DNA from: Planctomycetota bacterium
Lineage (GTDB): Bacteria > Planctomycetota > J058
NCBI GenBank assembly: GCA_023954375.1
Contig: JAMLIC010000019.1
Location: forward strand, 20,739 to 84,738
DNA: 64,000 nt
Direction: 5' to 3'
Part shown: positions 47,928 through 57,137 of the stretch, piece by piece
Layout of the letters: every line of letters starts with the position of its first letter
Position numbering within the stretch: the first letter of the stretch is position 1
Notes under the pieces: generated by a model
Database searches by the model: none
Told to the model about the DNA's origin: nothing
What the model saw: the letters and a program-made list of their open reading frames with translations, nothing else
Program-made: the position numbers and the translations under genes

Positions 47928-48815
47928 ATGCCGCTCGAGTTGCTCGGCCTGTCGCTGTTCTTCGCCTTCGCCGTGGGGCTGCTCGCCTTCACGGTGATCG
48001 TGGACATCCTCACGATCAAGGAGGAGGCCCAGGCGCAGGACGAGCTCTTCTCGCAGAGCCCGCTGTTCAAGCTCGCCCTCCCCTTCGTCCAGCACATCGG
48101 GCGGGCCATCTCCGGCGTGCGGCTCTTCGACGGGATGCGCCGCGACATCTCCACGAAGCTCGTCCGCGCCGGCAAGGCCGACACGATCACCCCGGACGAG
48201 TTCATCGGGTTCATGCTCGTCAGCGGGTGCGTCGGCGCCGTGGTCGGGCTCTACTTCGACCTGATGATCGACGTCGGCGGGGCGGCGATCCTGGCCTTCG
48301 CCCTCCTCGTCATGGCCCTGCCGCTCCTCTCGCTCGGCGAGACGATCAAGCGCCGGCAGCACTCGATCCGCAAGCTGCTGCCCTACACGCTCGACCTCCT
48401 GTGCCTCGCCGTGGAGGCGGGCCTCGACTTCACCGCCGCGCTCAACCGGATCGCCGACAACCTCGACCGCTCGCCCTTCCGCGACGAGCTGCGCACGCTC
48501 TCGCGCGACCTCTCCATGGGCAAGACCAGGCCCGAGGCCCTGCGCGACATGGAGAAGCGGATCGGCCTCGAGGAGCTGACGTCCGTGGTGACCGCGCTGA
48601 TCCAGGCCGACGAGCTGGGCGCGAGCCTCGGGCCGACGCTCCGCATCCAGTCGCGCGAGCTCCAGCGCAAGCGCTTCCAGCGGGCCGAGAAGAAGGCCAT
48701 GCAGGCCCCCGTGCTCATGCTCATCCCGCTCGTGCTGTTCATCTTCCCGCTGGTGTTCCTCGTGATCTTCGCGCCCATGGCCCTCCAGATCCTCGACCAG
48801 GGGCTCTTCTTCTGA
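47928..48815 (+). CDS. tadC: TadC-like inner-membrane platform protein (T2SSF domain)
   Basis: 295 aa. LPYTLDLLCLAVEAGLDFTAALNRI...LSMGKTRPEALRDM. Confidence 0.8.
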   Translation: MPLELLGLSLFFAFAVGLLAFTVIVDILTIKEEAQAQDELFSQSPLFKLALPFVQHIGRAISGVRLFDGMRRDISTKLVRAGKADTITPDEFIGFMLVSGCVGAVVGLYFDLMIDVGGAAILAFALLVMALPLLSLGETIKRRQHSIRKLLPYTLDLLCLAVEAGLDFTAALNRIADNLDRSPFRDELRTLSRDLSMGKTRPEALRDMEKRIGLEELTSVVTALIQADELGASLGPTLRIQSRELQRKRFQRAEKKAMQAPVLMLIPLVLFIFPLVFLVIFAPMALQILDQGLFF

Positions 48816-49201
48816 TGCGGCTGGTGCGGGAGCGCGACGGGGCGGTGGTGGCCGACGAGGTGGAGCTCGCCGCGTCGTTCCTGCGCCGCCTCCGCGGCCT
48901 CATGGGGCGGCGCGCGCTCCCCCCCGGGCGCGGGCTGTGGCTCGAGCCCTGCGCGAGCATCCACATGATGTTCGTGCCCTTCTCCATCGACGTCCTGTTC
49001 GTCACGCGGCGCGGCGACCGGCCCCTGGGCCCGGGCGCCCGGGCCGAGGTGCTCGAGGTCGCGCCGCGGGTGCGGCCGTGGGTGGGGCTGGCCTGGTGCG
49101 CCGGCGCCTTCGGCGCGGTGGGCGCCATCGAGGTCGCCGCCGGTCGGGCGGGCGACCTGGGGGTCGCGCCGGGCGACCTCCTGACCCTGGAGGCCGCATG
49201 A
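48815..49201 (+). CDS. DUF192-family protein
   Basis: The ATG 48815 overlaps the tadC TGA by 1 nt. ASFLRRLRGLMGRRALPPGRGLWLEPCASIHMMFVPFSIDVLFV matches the DUF192 pattern. Confidence 0.7.
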   Translation: MRLVRERDGAVVADEVELAASFLRRLRGLMGRRALPPGRGLWLEPCASIHMMFVPFSIDVLFVTRRGDRPLGPGARAEVLEVAPRVRPWVGLAWCAGAFGAVGAIEVAAGRAGDLGVAPGDLLTLEAA

Positions 49202-50916
49202 AGACGGCGACCGCGCCCTGCCTGGAGATCCTCACCGGCGACCTCTCGGGGCGGCGCTACCGCGTCGAGGACGCGGAGTTCGTCATCGGGCGGGCGCCGA
49301 CCTGCGACCTCGTGCTGCCCAAGCGCTACATCTCGCGCGAGCACGCGCGGATCTCGCGGGCCGGCCGCGACTACGTCATCGAGGGGCTCTCGGAGAAGAA
49401 CCCGGTGACGCTCCGGGGGCGCCCGGTGCGCCCCGGCCACCGCCTCGAGGACGGGCAGGAGTTCGAGGTGTGCGGCATCCGGTTCCGCTTCCTCGCCCAG
49501 GCGGAGGTCGCCGGCGGCCGACGGCCGGCGAAGGAGACGGACGACTCCTGGGCCTCGGACCCGGACTTCGGCCGCCCCGAGCAGCGGCCCGGCCAGCGCT
49601 CCGACCCGGGCGAGGCCAGCGGCGACTCGGGCGAGCGCCCGCGCGGCCGCGACCTGCGCGACGAGTCGGCGGCCCCGCCGCGCGGCCTGCCGGTCGAGGA
49701 CGACGACGCGACGCCCCCGCCGCGCCGCCACGCGCGCGGGCCGAGCGAGGACGACCTCCCCGTCCCGGTCCGCGGCTCGGGGGCGGTCAAGCGCTCGGCC
49801 CCGGGCAAGGTCGTGTTCGACGCCGAGCCCGAGGGCGACGACGACTCCGAGGAGCGGACCGCCGAGCTCCCCGCGGTGGGGAGCAGGGCCGGCGGCGGCA
49901 GCCGCGAGTCGCAGAACGAGCGCACGGCGGAGCTGGGCAAGGTCAAGGACCCCAACGACCCCGACTACGACCCGTTCGCCGAGGTCGACCGGCGCAAGAA
50001 GGAGGAGAAGAAGGGCGACCCCGGGCGCGAGAAGGCGCTCCGCGCCCTCATGGTGCTCGGCGCCGGGGGGATCCTCCTGGCCGCGGTCATCATCTACAAG
50101 ACGCAGCAGAAGAAGCCCTACGTCCTCGAGCGCCACACCGGGGTCATCCGCGTCGCGATCGACCAGACGGTCCGCTTCGAGGAGCCGTGGTCGCAGGTGG
50201 ACCCCCCGCAGGGGCGCCGGACCACCCCGCTCGACGGGGAGCCGTACTTCTTCCACCGCGACCGGGTGGCGGACGTCGAGTGGGCGGTGCCCCACGTGAA
50301 GACCAAGTGCATCTTCCTCATCCGCGGGATCGAGCCGGGCGCGATGGAGTTCGACCTCGTCTTCCCCGAGAGCCGCCGGGTGAAGCGCTTCACGGTCGAG
50401 GTCGAGGGCGACAACCCCCACGACGTCGCGCGCGAGCGGCGGCGCGCCGAGATGAAGGGCAAGGTCAGCGCGCACCAGCTGCGCCAGAAGGCCGAGGCCC
50501 ACATGGCCTCGGGCGAGACCTACGTGAAGGAGCGCGACATCACCGCGCGCGAGGGCAACTACCGGCTGGCCGTCATCGAGTTCACGCGGGCCGTCGACTC
50601 CGCCGTCCTCCTCCGCGACCAGCTCGCGCAGGGCGGGATCGTCCCGGGCGACGTGGCCGAGCTGGTGCGGCGGGCGGAGGACGCCGAGGCCAAGGCGCGC
50701 AACGACTACGACGAGTTCGTCCACCGCGAGCTGGCGAAGTACCGGGCGACGCTGCAGAAGAACACCACCTTCGAGCGCGTCGAGCAGCTGAAGCGGACGC
50801 TGCGGGCGATCAACCACGAGTGCGACCTCCGGTTCATCCGCCTGAAGCTGATCCTCCAGAACAGCTTCAACGGCACGTGGACGGGCGGCGGCGGCGAAGT
50901 CTGCACGGAGCGTTGA
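49198..50916 (+). CDS. FHA-domain membrane protein (FHA, disordered linker, TM helix, ~290-aa extracytoplasmic domain)
   Basis: ATG 49198 is in an ATGA overlap. FHA: FVIGRAPTCDLVLPKRYISREHARI. TM helix: ALMVLGAGGILLAAVIIY. Confidence 0.8.
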   Translation: MKTATAPCLEILTGDLSGRRYRVEDAEFVIGRAPTCDLVLPKRYISREHARISRAGRDYVIEGLSEKNPVTLRGRPVRPGHRLEDGQEFEVCGIRFRFLAQAEVAGGRRPAKETDDSWASDPDFGRPEQRPGQRSDPGEASGDSGERPRGRDLRDESAAPPRGLPVEDDDATPPPRRHARGPSEDDLPVPVRGSGAVKRSAPGKVVFDAEPEGDDDSEERTAELPAVGSRAGGGSRESQNERTAELGKVKDPNDPDYDPFAEVDRRKKEEKKGDPGREKALRALMVLGAGGILLAAVIIYKTQQKKPYVLERHTGVIRVAIDQTVRFEEPWSQVDPPQGRRTTPLDGEPYFFHRDRVADVEWAVPHVKTKCIFLIRGIEPGAMEFDLVFPESRRVKRFTVEVEGDNPHDVARERRRAEMKGKVSAHQLRQKAEAHMASGETYVKERDITAREGNYRLAVIEFTRAVDSAVLLRDQLAQGGIVPGDVAELVRRAEDAEAKARNDYDEFVHRELAKYRATLQKNTTFERVEQLKRTLRAINHECDLRFIRLKLILQNSFNGTWTGGGGEVCTER

Positions 50917-50918
50917 AC

Positions 50919-53318
50919 GTGCGTTTGATCTACCAGCGCGGCGACGAGCGCATCGCCTTCCCCATCGACGAGGGGGAGACGTTCATCGGGCGCAAGGACG
51001 ACTGCGACATCTACTTTCCGGACTCGAGCCTCTCGAAGCGCCACGCCCGGCTCGTGCGGCGCGGCCGCTCGCTCACCGCCTACGACGCCGGCTCGAAGAA
51101 CGGCACGATGGTCAACGGCGAGCTGATCCGCGGCGCCACCCCGCTCGGGAGCGGCGACGTCCTCGAGTGCGGGAAGCTGGCCTTCCGCGTCGAGGGCGTC
51201 GGCGAGGGGGACTTCGACATCGTGGAGGACGAGGGCCGGAGCCGCCCCTCGCGCGGGTCGGCCCCGGTCGCGAAGGCCGTGCGCAGCGGCGAGGTGCGCG
51301 GGTCCGTCCTCGACGAGTTCCCGGAGATGCCGCGCTCGGGCGAGCTCCAGGCGCCGGGCGCCCAGGCGAGCCCGCGCGCCCGCTTCCGCCTGGTCGAGGG
51401 CGGCCCGGAGCGCACGTGGGAGCTGACCGAGGGCCAGACGGCCACCGTCGGCTCGAAGCCGGAGAACGCGATCGTCCTCACCGGCGAGGGGATCTCTCGC
51501 TACCACGCGGAGGTGGTGCACGAGGGCGGCAAGTGGCTGCTCAAGGACCTCGGGGCGCGCAACGGCCTGTTCGTCGCCGGCAAGAAGATCGACATCCACG
51601 AGCTGAACGAGGGCGACGAGGTGCAGATCGGCACGGCGAGGCTGCGCTTCGAGGTCGTGCGGCCCTCGCCGCTCCTCGAGGTCCAGCAGCTGGTCGCCCA
51701 GCTCAAGGCCGACCCGGTGGGCACCTTCAAGCGCGAGCCGCGGGTGCGCATGGCGGCGGCCAGCCTCATCGCGGGGCTGTTCCTGCTGTTCATGGCCCTG
51801 CCCGCGGGCGACGAGCAGCGCCGCGGCGGCTACACGGGCGACCTCGCGTGGATCGACGAGGGCACGGCCAAGCTCCTCGCCGGCGAGACCCGGGAGGCGC
51901 GCGACATCTTCCGCCGGGCCCAGGCCAAGCCGAGCACCACGAAGGAGCTCCAGGAGGTGGCCCGCACGCTCACGACGATGACGAACCACTGGGTCGAGCT
52001 CGACAAGGGCGCGCTCCAGTTCCGCTGGGGCCGCGCCGAGGAGCTCCTGCTCGACTGCGCCAGGCTGCCGAACCTCCCCACCTCCCTCCAGGAGTGGATC
52101 ACCGCGCAGATGGGCTCGGTGCGCATGAACAAGGAGGCCTACGACAAGCTGGGCGAGGCCGAGCAGCTCGGGGCCGGCGCCGTGCAGCTGGCGCAGGAGA
52201 AGAAGTTCCGCGAGGCGCTGCGGCGCTTCGAGGCGACCACCCTCCGCTACGGCGAGGTCCACGCCCAGAGCGTCTACGGCCCGCGCGCCGCCGAGCAGGC
52301 GCGCGCCCTGCGCGGGCAGGTGTTCAAGATGGTCCTCGACGAGGCGAACGCCCTCATGCGCGTGCCCTCGCCCGACTGGCAGGGCGTCGTCAGCTTCATC
52401 GACCAGGGCAACGCCTACGCCGACACCCCCGAGCAGCGCATGGAGCTGCGGCGGCTCAAGGAGGTGTGCGAGACCAACCTGCGCGACGAGGAGCTCTACC
52501 AGCGCGGCGTGGACATCGTCGCCGTCCGCGACGTGGAGAACTACCCCACCGCCACGCAGCTCTTCGAGCGGATCGACCGCCGGTCGCGCATCTACCCCGA
52601 CGCGCAGGCCTACATCCAGTGGATCGACGCCGACCTGAAGGTGCGGCAGGCGCAGCGCGCCTACGAGACCGGCGACGCGAAGCGCGCCTTCACGCTGCTG
52701 AGCGAGGCGCTCCAGCACGAGGTCCTGGGCCCCGAGGCGCGCAACAGCGTGCGCACGCGCCGGACGAACTGGGGGCGCGTCTACACGGCCTACACCCGCG
52801 GCATCGAGGCGGAGGACCCGAAGGAGGCGCGGGAGGAGCTGCTCCGCGTGATCCAGCTCGAGCCGAGCCAGGCCAACGTCTACCACAAGCGGGCGCTCGA
52901 CCACCTGCGCCACCTGCAGCGCCTCGACAACATGAACCTCGAGGGCAAGCTGCGCGAGGGGATCGCCGCGCTCGAGGCCGGCGAGTACGACCGCGCCTGG
53001 CGCATGTTCGAGGCCGTGCAGGCCGACCCGAACAAGCAGCCGCGCGACGTGCAGCGCATCCAGGAGGCGGTCGTCAACGCCAACCGCTCGCGGCGCCTCC
53101 TCCACCACGCGCAGCAGGACTTCATCCGCGACCGCCAGGAGCGGTTCCTCGAGATCTACTACATCACCTACATCCTGCGCGGCTGGCTGCCGCAGACCGA
53201 GCGCGCCGCGCGCACCGAGGCGGACCAGCTGTTCGGGCACGTGGTCAAGCGCCTGAAGCTCCTGCACAAGCTGGCGGAGGACACGGGGACGATCCCGGGG
53301 GGCCCCCGGCCGCGGTAG
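50919..53318 (+). CDS. Double-FHA membrane protein with a TPR-like extracytoplasmic domain
   Basis: GTG 50919 lies 2 nt after the upstream stop. FHA1: FIGRKDDCDIYFPDSSLSKRHARL...GSKNGTMVNG. FHA2: TVGSKPENAIVLTGEGISRYHAEV...GARNGLFVAG. TM helix: AAASLIAGLFLLFMAL. The ~510-aa C-terminus is helical-repeat-like. Confidence 0.8.
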   Translation: MRLIYQRGDERIAFPIDEGETFIGRKDDCDIYFPDSSLSKRHARLVRRGRSLTAYDAGSKNGTMVNGELIRGATPLGSGDVLECGKLAFRVEGVGEGDFDIVEDEGRSRPSRGSAPVAKAVRSGEVRGSVLDEFPEMPRSGELQAPGAQASPRARFRLVEGGPERTWELTEGQTATVGSKPENAIVLTGEGISRYHAEVVHEGGKWLLKDLGARNGLFVAGKKIDIHELNEGDEVQIGTARLRFEVVRPSPLLEVQQLVAQLKADPVGTFKREPRVRMAAASLIAGLFLLFMALPAGDEQRRGGYTGDLAWIDEGTAKLLAGETREARDIFRRAQAKPSTTKELQEVARTLTTMTNHWVELDKGALQFRWGRAEELLLDCARLPNLPTSLQEWITAQMGSVRMNKEAYDKLGEAEQLGAGAVQLAQEKKFREALRRFEATTLRYGEVHAQSVYGPRAAEQARALRGQVFKMVLDEANALMRVPSPDWQGVVSFIDQGNAYADTPEQRMELRRLKEVCETNLRDEELYQRGVDIVAVRDVENYPTATQLFERIDRRSRIYPDAQAYIQWIDADLKVRQAQRAYETGDAKRAFTLLSEALQHEVLGPEARNSVRTRRTNWGRVYTAYTRGIEAEDPKEAREELLRVIQLEPSQANVYHKRALDHLRHLQRLDNMNLEGKLREGIAALEAGEYDRAWRMFEAVQADPNKQPRDVQRIQEAVVNANRSRRLLHHAQQDFIRDRQERFLEIYYITYILRGWLPQTERAARTEADQLFGHVVKRLKLLHKLAEDTGTIPGGPRPR

Positions 53319-53332
53319 CGCCGGAAGACCAA

Positions 53333-53418
53333 CCACGGAGGACACGGAGGACACGGAGGAGAGCTCCCGGAGAGCGATCTCCATGTTCTTTCCTCCGTGT
53401 CCTCCGTGTCCTCCGTGG
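53333..53418. repeat. Perfect 28-bp inverted repeat (30-nt spacer); each arm is built from three 9-mers (ACGGAGGAC)
   Basis: Arm 53333-53360 is CCACGGAGGACACGGAGGACACGGAGGA. Arm 53391-53418 is its exact reverse complement. The spacer contains a GGAGA/TCTCC mini-hairpin. The element sits between convergent gene ends. Confidence 0.95.
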
Positions 53419-53521
53419 TGAATTCTTGGGTTCGGTTGCGGCCGTCAGGCTGCCCTGCGAACGAACGCTGCGCCTCCATCGCGACCTCTGCGTCCAATCG
53501 AGTGTGGATGAGGACGGCCGA

Positions 53522-55495
53522 TCACAGCGCCTCGAGCACGACGCTCCGCTCCCGCGGCGCCGCGCGCGCGACCCGCACGAGCAGCCGGTCGCCCACCCGC
53601 GGCGGGGGGGACGCCTGGCGCAGCGGGAGCTCGCGGTCGACCTCGGGCGCGTAGACCATGAGCCCGCCGCGCCCGTCCACGCGGCTGACCACCGCCTGCA
53701 GGGGCTCGGCGCGCCGGGCGAACCACTCCACGAGCCAGTAGCGCTCGCGCTCGTCCATGGCCCGCTGGGCGCGCTTCTCGGCCGCCTCGAGCCCGGCCTT
53801 CAGCCGCTCCATGGCCGCGCGGTCGTAGGGCGCCGGCGCGCCGGAGAGGTGGGCCAGGAGCTGGCGCTGGGCCAGGAGGTCGCTGGCGCGGCGGATCGGC
53901 GAGGTCCCCTGCACGTAGACGTCGACCCCGAGCATGCGGTGCGGCCCCGGCTCGACGGAGACGATCGTCGGCGGGAGCCCGCGCCGGCACAGCGGCGGGT
54001 AGAGCGGGTCGGCCGGGTCGTGCCCCGGCGCCTTCACGGCCTTCGGCTGCGTGCGGAAGAGCGCCGGGAGCTGCGCGTCGCGCAGGGCGCGGCCGAGCTG
54101 CGCGTTGAAGAGCACCATGAGCTCCGACACCGCGAGGTGCGAGGCGGACTCGACGCGCGTCGACTTGACCTGCGGCGCGCCCTCGGCGCCCACGCGCATC
54201 TTGAGCTGCGGGAGGCTGAGGAGGACGGCGCCGCGGCGGCGGCGCGCCTCCCGCAGCGCCGTCGCCGCGCGGACGGCGTGCTCGAGCACGTCGGCCGCCT
54301 CGCCGCGCGGCGCCTCGTCGTAGCCCAGGCGCGCGCCGATGCGCACGAGCGACGCCGTGAAGCGCGCCTCGGCCACGTCGCCGCTCGGCGTGATGCGCGC
54401 CACGAGCGTGACCGCGGCGCGGTCCTCGCCGGCGACGAGGCTGGCCAGGTCGCCGACCGCCGGGGGCAGCATGGGGACGACCTCCTCGGGGAAGTAGACC
54501 GAGGTGGCCCGCCGCAGGGCCTCGCGGTCGAGCGGCCCGTCGGGGGCGACGAGCTCCGTCAGCCTCGCTATGTGCACGGCGACCCACACGTCGTCGCCCT
54601 CGGGCCAGGCGGTCAGGGCGTCGTCCACCTCCCGCGTCTCGGGGTCGTCGATCGCCACGGCGTAGCGCGCGCGCAGGTCCTCGCCGGCGGTGGGCGGCGC
54701 GGCGGCCGCGGCCGCGCTCAGCGCGTGGTCGGTGAACTCGAGCGGGAGCCCCAGGCGGTGCGGCGTCTCGTTGACGTGCGGCGGGAGGGCCCCGCCCCGC
54801 TCGAGCTCGGCCAGCACCGCGTCGGGCCCGTCGAGCCCCAGCCGCCGGGCCAGGTGGCGCGACCACGCCGCCTCGGGCGCGCGGTCCCCCTGGAGCGCGT
54901 ATGCGCGCAGCGCGTCGAGCCGCGCCGCGGCCGCCGGGTCCTCGGGCGCCTCGGCCAGGCGGCCTGGCGCCCCGCGCCGCGGCTCGTACCACGCCGCCAG
55001 CGCGTCCTCCTGCCGCCGCTTCTCCGCCTCGCGCGCGCGCTGCTCCCGGATCCTCGCCCGCGTCTCGGCGTCGAGCCGCACGATCTCGCCCTGCTCGACC
55101 CGCAGCCCGGCGGTGATCCAGCCCTCCGGCCCGTCGAGCGCCGCCACCAGCCGCGCCACGGCCTGGTCGCTGGCCTCGCCGTAGTAGAGGGTCGCCAGCT
55201 CGCCCAGCGTGTAGCGCCGCTCGTCGGTCAGCGCCGCGTCCAGCAGCGCCATGTCGAGCCCCTCGGCGCCCGCCGCCAGCTCGCGGCGCAGGGCCCGCAG
55301 CCGCTCGCGCAGGGCCGGCGGGTCGTCCGCGCGCAGCCGCGCTGCCAGGACGTGCAGGGTGCGCGAGTGGCGCAGCCGGTGCACCTCGCCCTGCTCGTCG
55401 ATCAGGACCGCGTTCTTCGGCCCGACGCCGCGCACGGCGCCGAGGCCCACGCCGTGGCGGTCCTGGAAGAAGACCACCTGGAGCTCGTCGGGCAT
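53522..55495 (-). CDS. RNase II/RNase R-family 3'-5' exoribonuclease (RNB domain)
   Basis: 657 aa with RNB motifs AIDDPETREVDDAL and GTSPIRRASDLLAQRQL. Confidence 0.85.
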   Translation of the reverse strand: MPDELQVVFFQDRHGVGLGAVRGVGPKNAVLIDEQGEVHRLRHSRTLHVLAARLRADDPPALRERLRALRRELAAGAEGLDMALLDAALTDERRYTLGELATLYYGEASDQAVARLVAALDGPEGWITAGLRVEQGEIVRLDAETRARIREQRAREAEKRRQEDALAAWYEPRRGAPGRLAEAPEDPAAAARLDALRAYALQGDRAPEAAWSRHLARRLGLDGPDAVLAELERGGALPPHVNETPHRLGLPLEFTDHALSAAAAAAPPTAGEDLRARYAVAIDDPETREVDDALTAWPEGDDVWVAVHIARLTELVAPDGPLDREALRRATSVYFPEEVVPMLPPAVGDLASLVAGEDRAAVTLVARITPSGDVAEARFTASLVRIGARLGYDEAPRGEAADVLEHAVRAATALREARRRRGAVLLSLPQLKMRVGAEGAPQVKSTRVESASHLAVSELMVLFNAQLGRALRDAQLPALFRTQPKAVKAPGHDPADPLYPPLCRRGLPPTIVSVEPGPHRMLGVDVYVQGTSPIRRASDLLAQRQLLAHLSGAPAPYDRAAMERLKAGLEAAEKRAQRAMDERERYWLVEWFARRAEPLQAVVSRVDGRGGLMVYAPEVDRELPLRQASPPPRVGDRLLVRVARAAPRERSVVLEAL

Positions 55496-55516
55496 GGGTG
55501 CATTGTACGGCCCGGG

Positions 55517-57076
55517 TCACCGCCACACGGGGCTGCCGAACAGGCCGGGCCCGAGGTCGAGCCGCTCGCGTCGCCCGGTGGCCACGTCGACGAGGACGAG
55601 GCCGGAGCCGTCGGCGGCGGCGAACGCCAGGCGCTCGCCGTCGGGCGAGAGCGCCGGCGCGCGCAGGCCCGGGAGGCCGCCGAGGAACGGCTGCGCCGCG
55701 CCGCCCACGAGGTCGCACGTGCTCCAGAGGCCGCTGGCGACGTCGAGGAACAGGAGCCGCCCGCCGGGCAGGGGCAACGGCCCCGAGCCGGCGCGCAGGG
55801 CGCGCAGCCGCCCGGACGGCTCGAGGACGGCCACCTGCTCGGGCGCGTCCGGGGCGTCGCGCGCGACGAGCGCCAGCCCCTCGCCGCCGGGCAGCCAGGC
55901 GAGGCCGGCGCCCAGGAGCGGCGCGCCGAGCGCGCGCGAGGTGCCGGCCTCCAGGTCCACGAGGTGCACCTGCCCCTTCGCCCCGCCCCGGGGGTGGTGC
56001 AGGACCGCGAGCGTCCGCCCGTCGGGGGAGAGCGCCGAGGAGCTCACGTCGCCGCTGGCGAGCGTGGACGGCGCGAGGCGCCGGTTCTTGCCCGTGACCA
56101 GGTCCACCTCGACCAGGCCGCCGTCGAGGACGAAGGCTCGCCGGCGGTCGCGCGAGAAGGCGCCGGGCAAGGCGCTGCCGCCCTGGACGGGGACGCGGCG
56201 CACCCGCCCGGACGCGACCTCGAGCAGGCGCGCGTCCAGGATCACGCCCTCCGGCGGGACGCCGGGCTGCCACCACGGGCAGTGGGCGAACATGAGGAGC
56301 GGGCCCGACGGGGCCGCCGACGCGTCGACCGGCGGCTCGCCCTCGGCGGCGAAGCGGGCCTCGTCGACCTGCTCGAGCCAGCGGAAGCCGGCCAGCGCCG
56401 AGCGCCGCCCCGGCGCCCCGTGCTGGACGACGAGCCCGGACTCGACCTGCACCCGCGTGAGGCCGCCCTCGAGGTACTCGCGCTCGAGGCGGTCCGCCCA
56501 GCGCAGCCGCTCCCTGAACGTCGGGTCCTGGCGCAGGGCCGGCCGCTCGTCCACGCGACGCTTCAGCTCCTCGATGACGCCGCTGAACGCCCGGATCTCG
56601 GCCTCGGTGACGTCGCGGCGCCACGTGGCCACCCCCCGCTCGACCCCCAGCCGCTCGCCCGGGTCCTCGGGCAGCGCGTCGGCCGTGCGCGGGCGCAGGG
56701 CCCGCGCGAGGTGCTCGTAGACGTGCGGCACCTCGAGCGGCGCCTCGAACGGCCGGTAGGCCCCGCCGCCGTCCCCCTCGGCGACGAGCCAGCGCCCGTC
56801 CCGCTCGAGGATCGTGAGCGCGTGGCGGCGCTCGCCGGCGCGCTCGACGAACACGTCGACGCGCCGCCGCGGCGGGGCCTGGAGCACCTCGAACACGAGG
56901 TACTCCGGCCCGACGGCGTGGAACGACGTCCAGGCGGCAGGCGCCACCTCCAGGCGCGCCGCCGTGCGGCGCCCCCGCTCGCGCAGCGCCGCCAGGTCGG
57001 GCTCCTCCTGGGCGGCCGCCGCGCCCGCCGCCAGGAGCACCAGCAGCGCCGCCCTGACGCCTCGTCCCCCGCTCAT
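55517..57076 (-). CDS. Secreted protein with a TolB/PD40-like beta-propeller C-terminal half
   Basis: 519 aa with a signal peptide (ALLVLLAAGAAAAQ) and repeated LSPDG-type motifs. Confidence 0.7.
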   Translation of the reverse strand: MSGGRGVRAALLVLLAAGAAAAQEEPDLAALRERGRRTAARLEVAPAAWTSFHAVGPEYLVFEVLQAPPRRRVDVFVERAGERRHALTILERDGRWLVAEGDGGGAYRPFEAPLEVPHVYEHLARALRPRTADALPEDPGERLGVERGVATWRRDVTEAEIRAFSGVIEELKRRVDERPALRQDPTFRERLRWADRLEREYLEGGLTRVQVESGLVVQHGAPGRRSALAGFRWLEQVDEARFAAEGEPPVDASAAPSGPLLMFAHCPWWQPGVPPEGVILDARLLEVASGRVRRVPVQGGSALPGAFSRDRRRAFVLDGGLVEVDLVTGKNRRLAPSTLASGDVSSSALSPDGRTLAVLHHPRGGAKGQVHLVDLEAGTSRALGAPLLGAGLAWLPGGEGLALVARDAPDAPEQVAVLEPSGRLRALRAGSGPLPLPGGRLLFLDVASGLWSTCDLVGGAAQPFLGGLPGLRAPALSPDGERLAFAAADGSGLVLVDVATGRRERLDLGPGLFGSPVWR

Positions 57077-57110
57077 CCCGCCCCCCCTTCGACTCGAGCG
57101 TCGGCGAGTC

Positions 57111-57137
57111 GTGAGGACCCGCGATGCGGGTCCTCAC
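57111..57137. other. 12-bp perfect palindrome/hairpin in a divergent intergenic region
   Basis: GTGAGGACCCGC-GAT-GCGGGTCCTCAC. A second hairpin, CGGGCCC-TTC-GGGCCCG, lies at 57194-57210. Confidence 0.5.
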
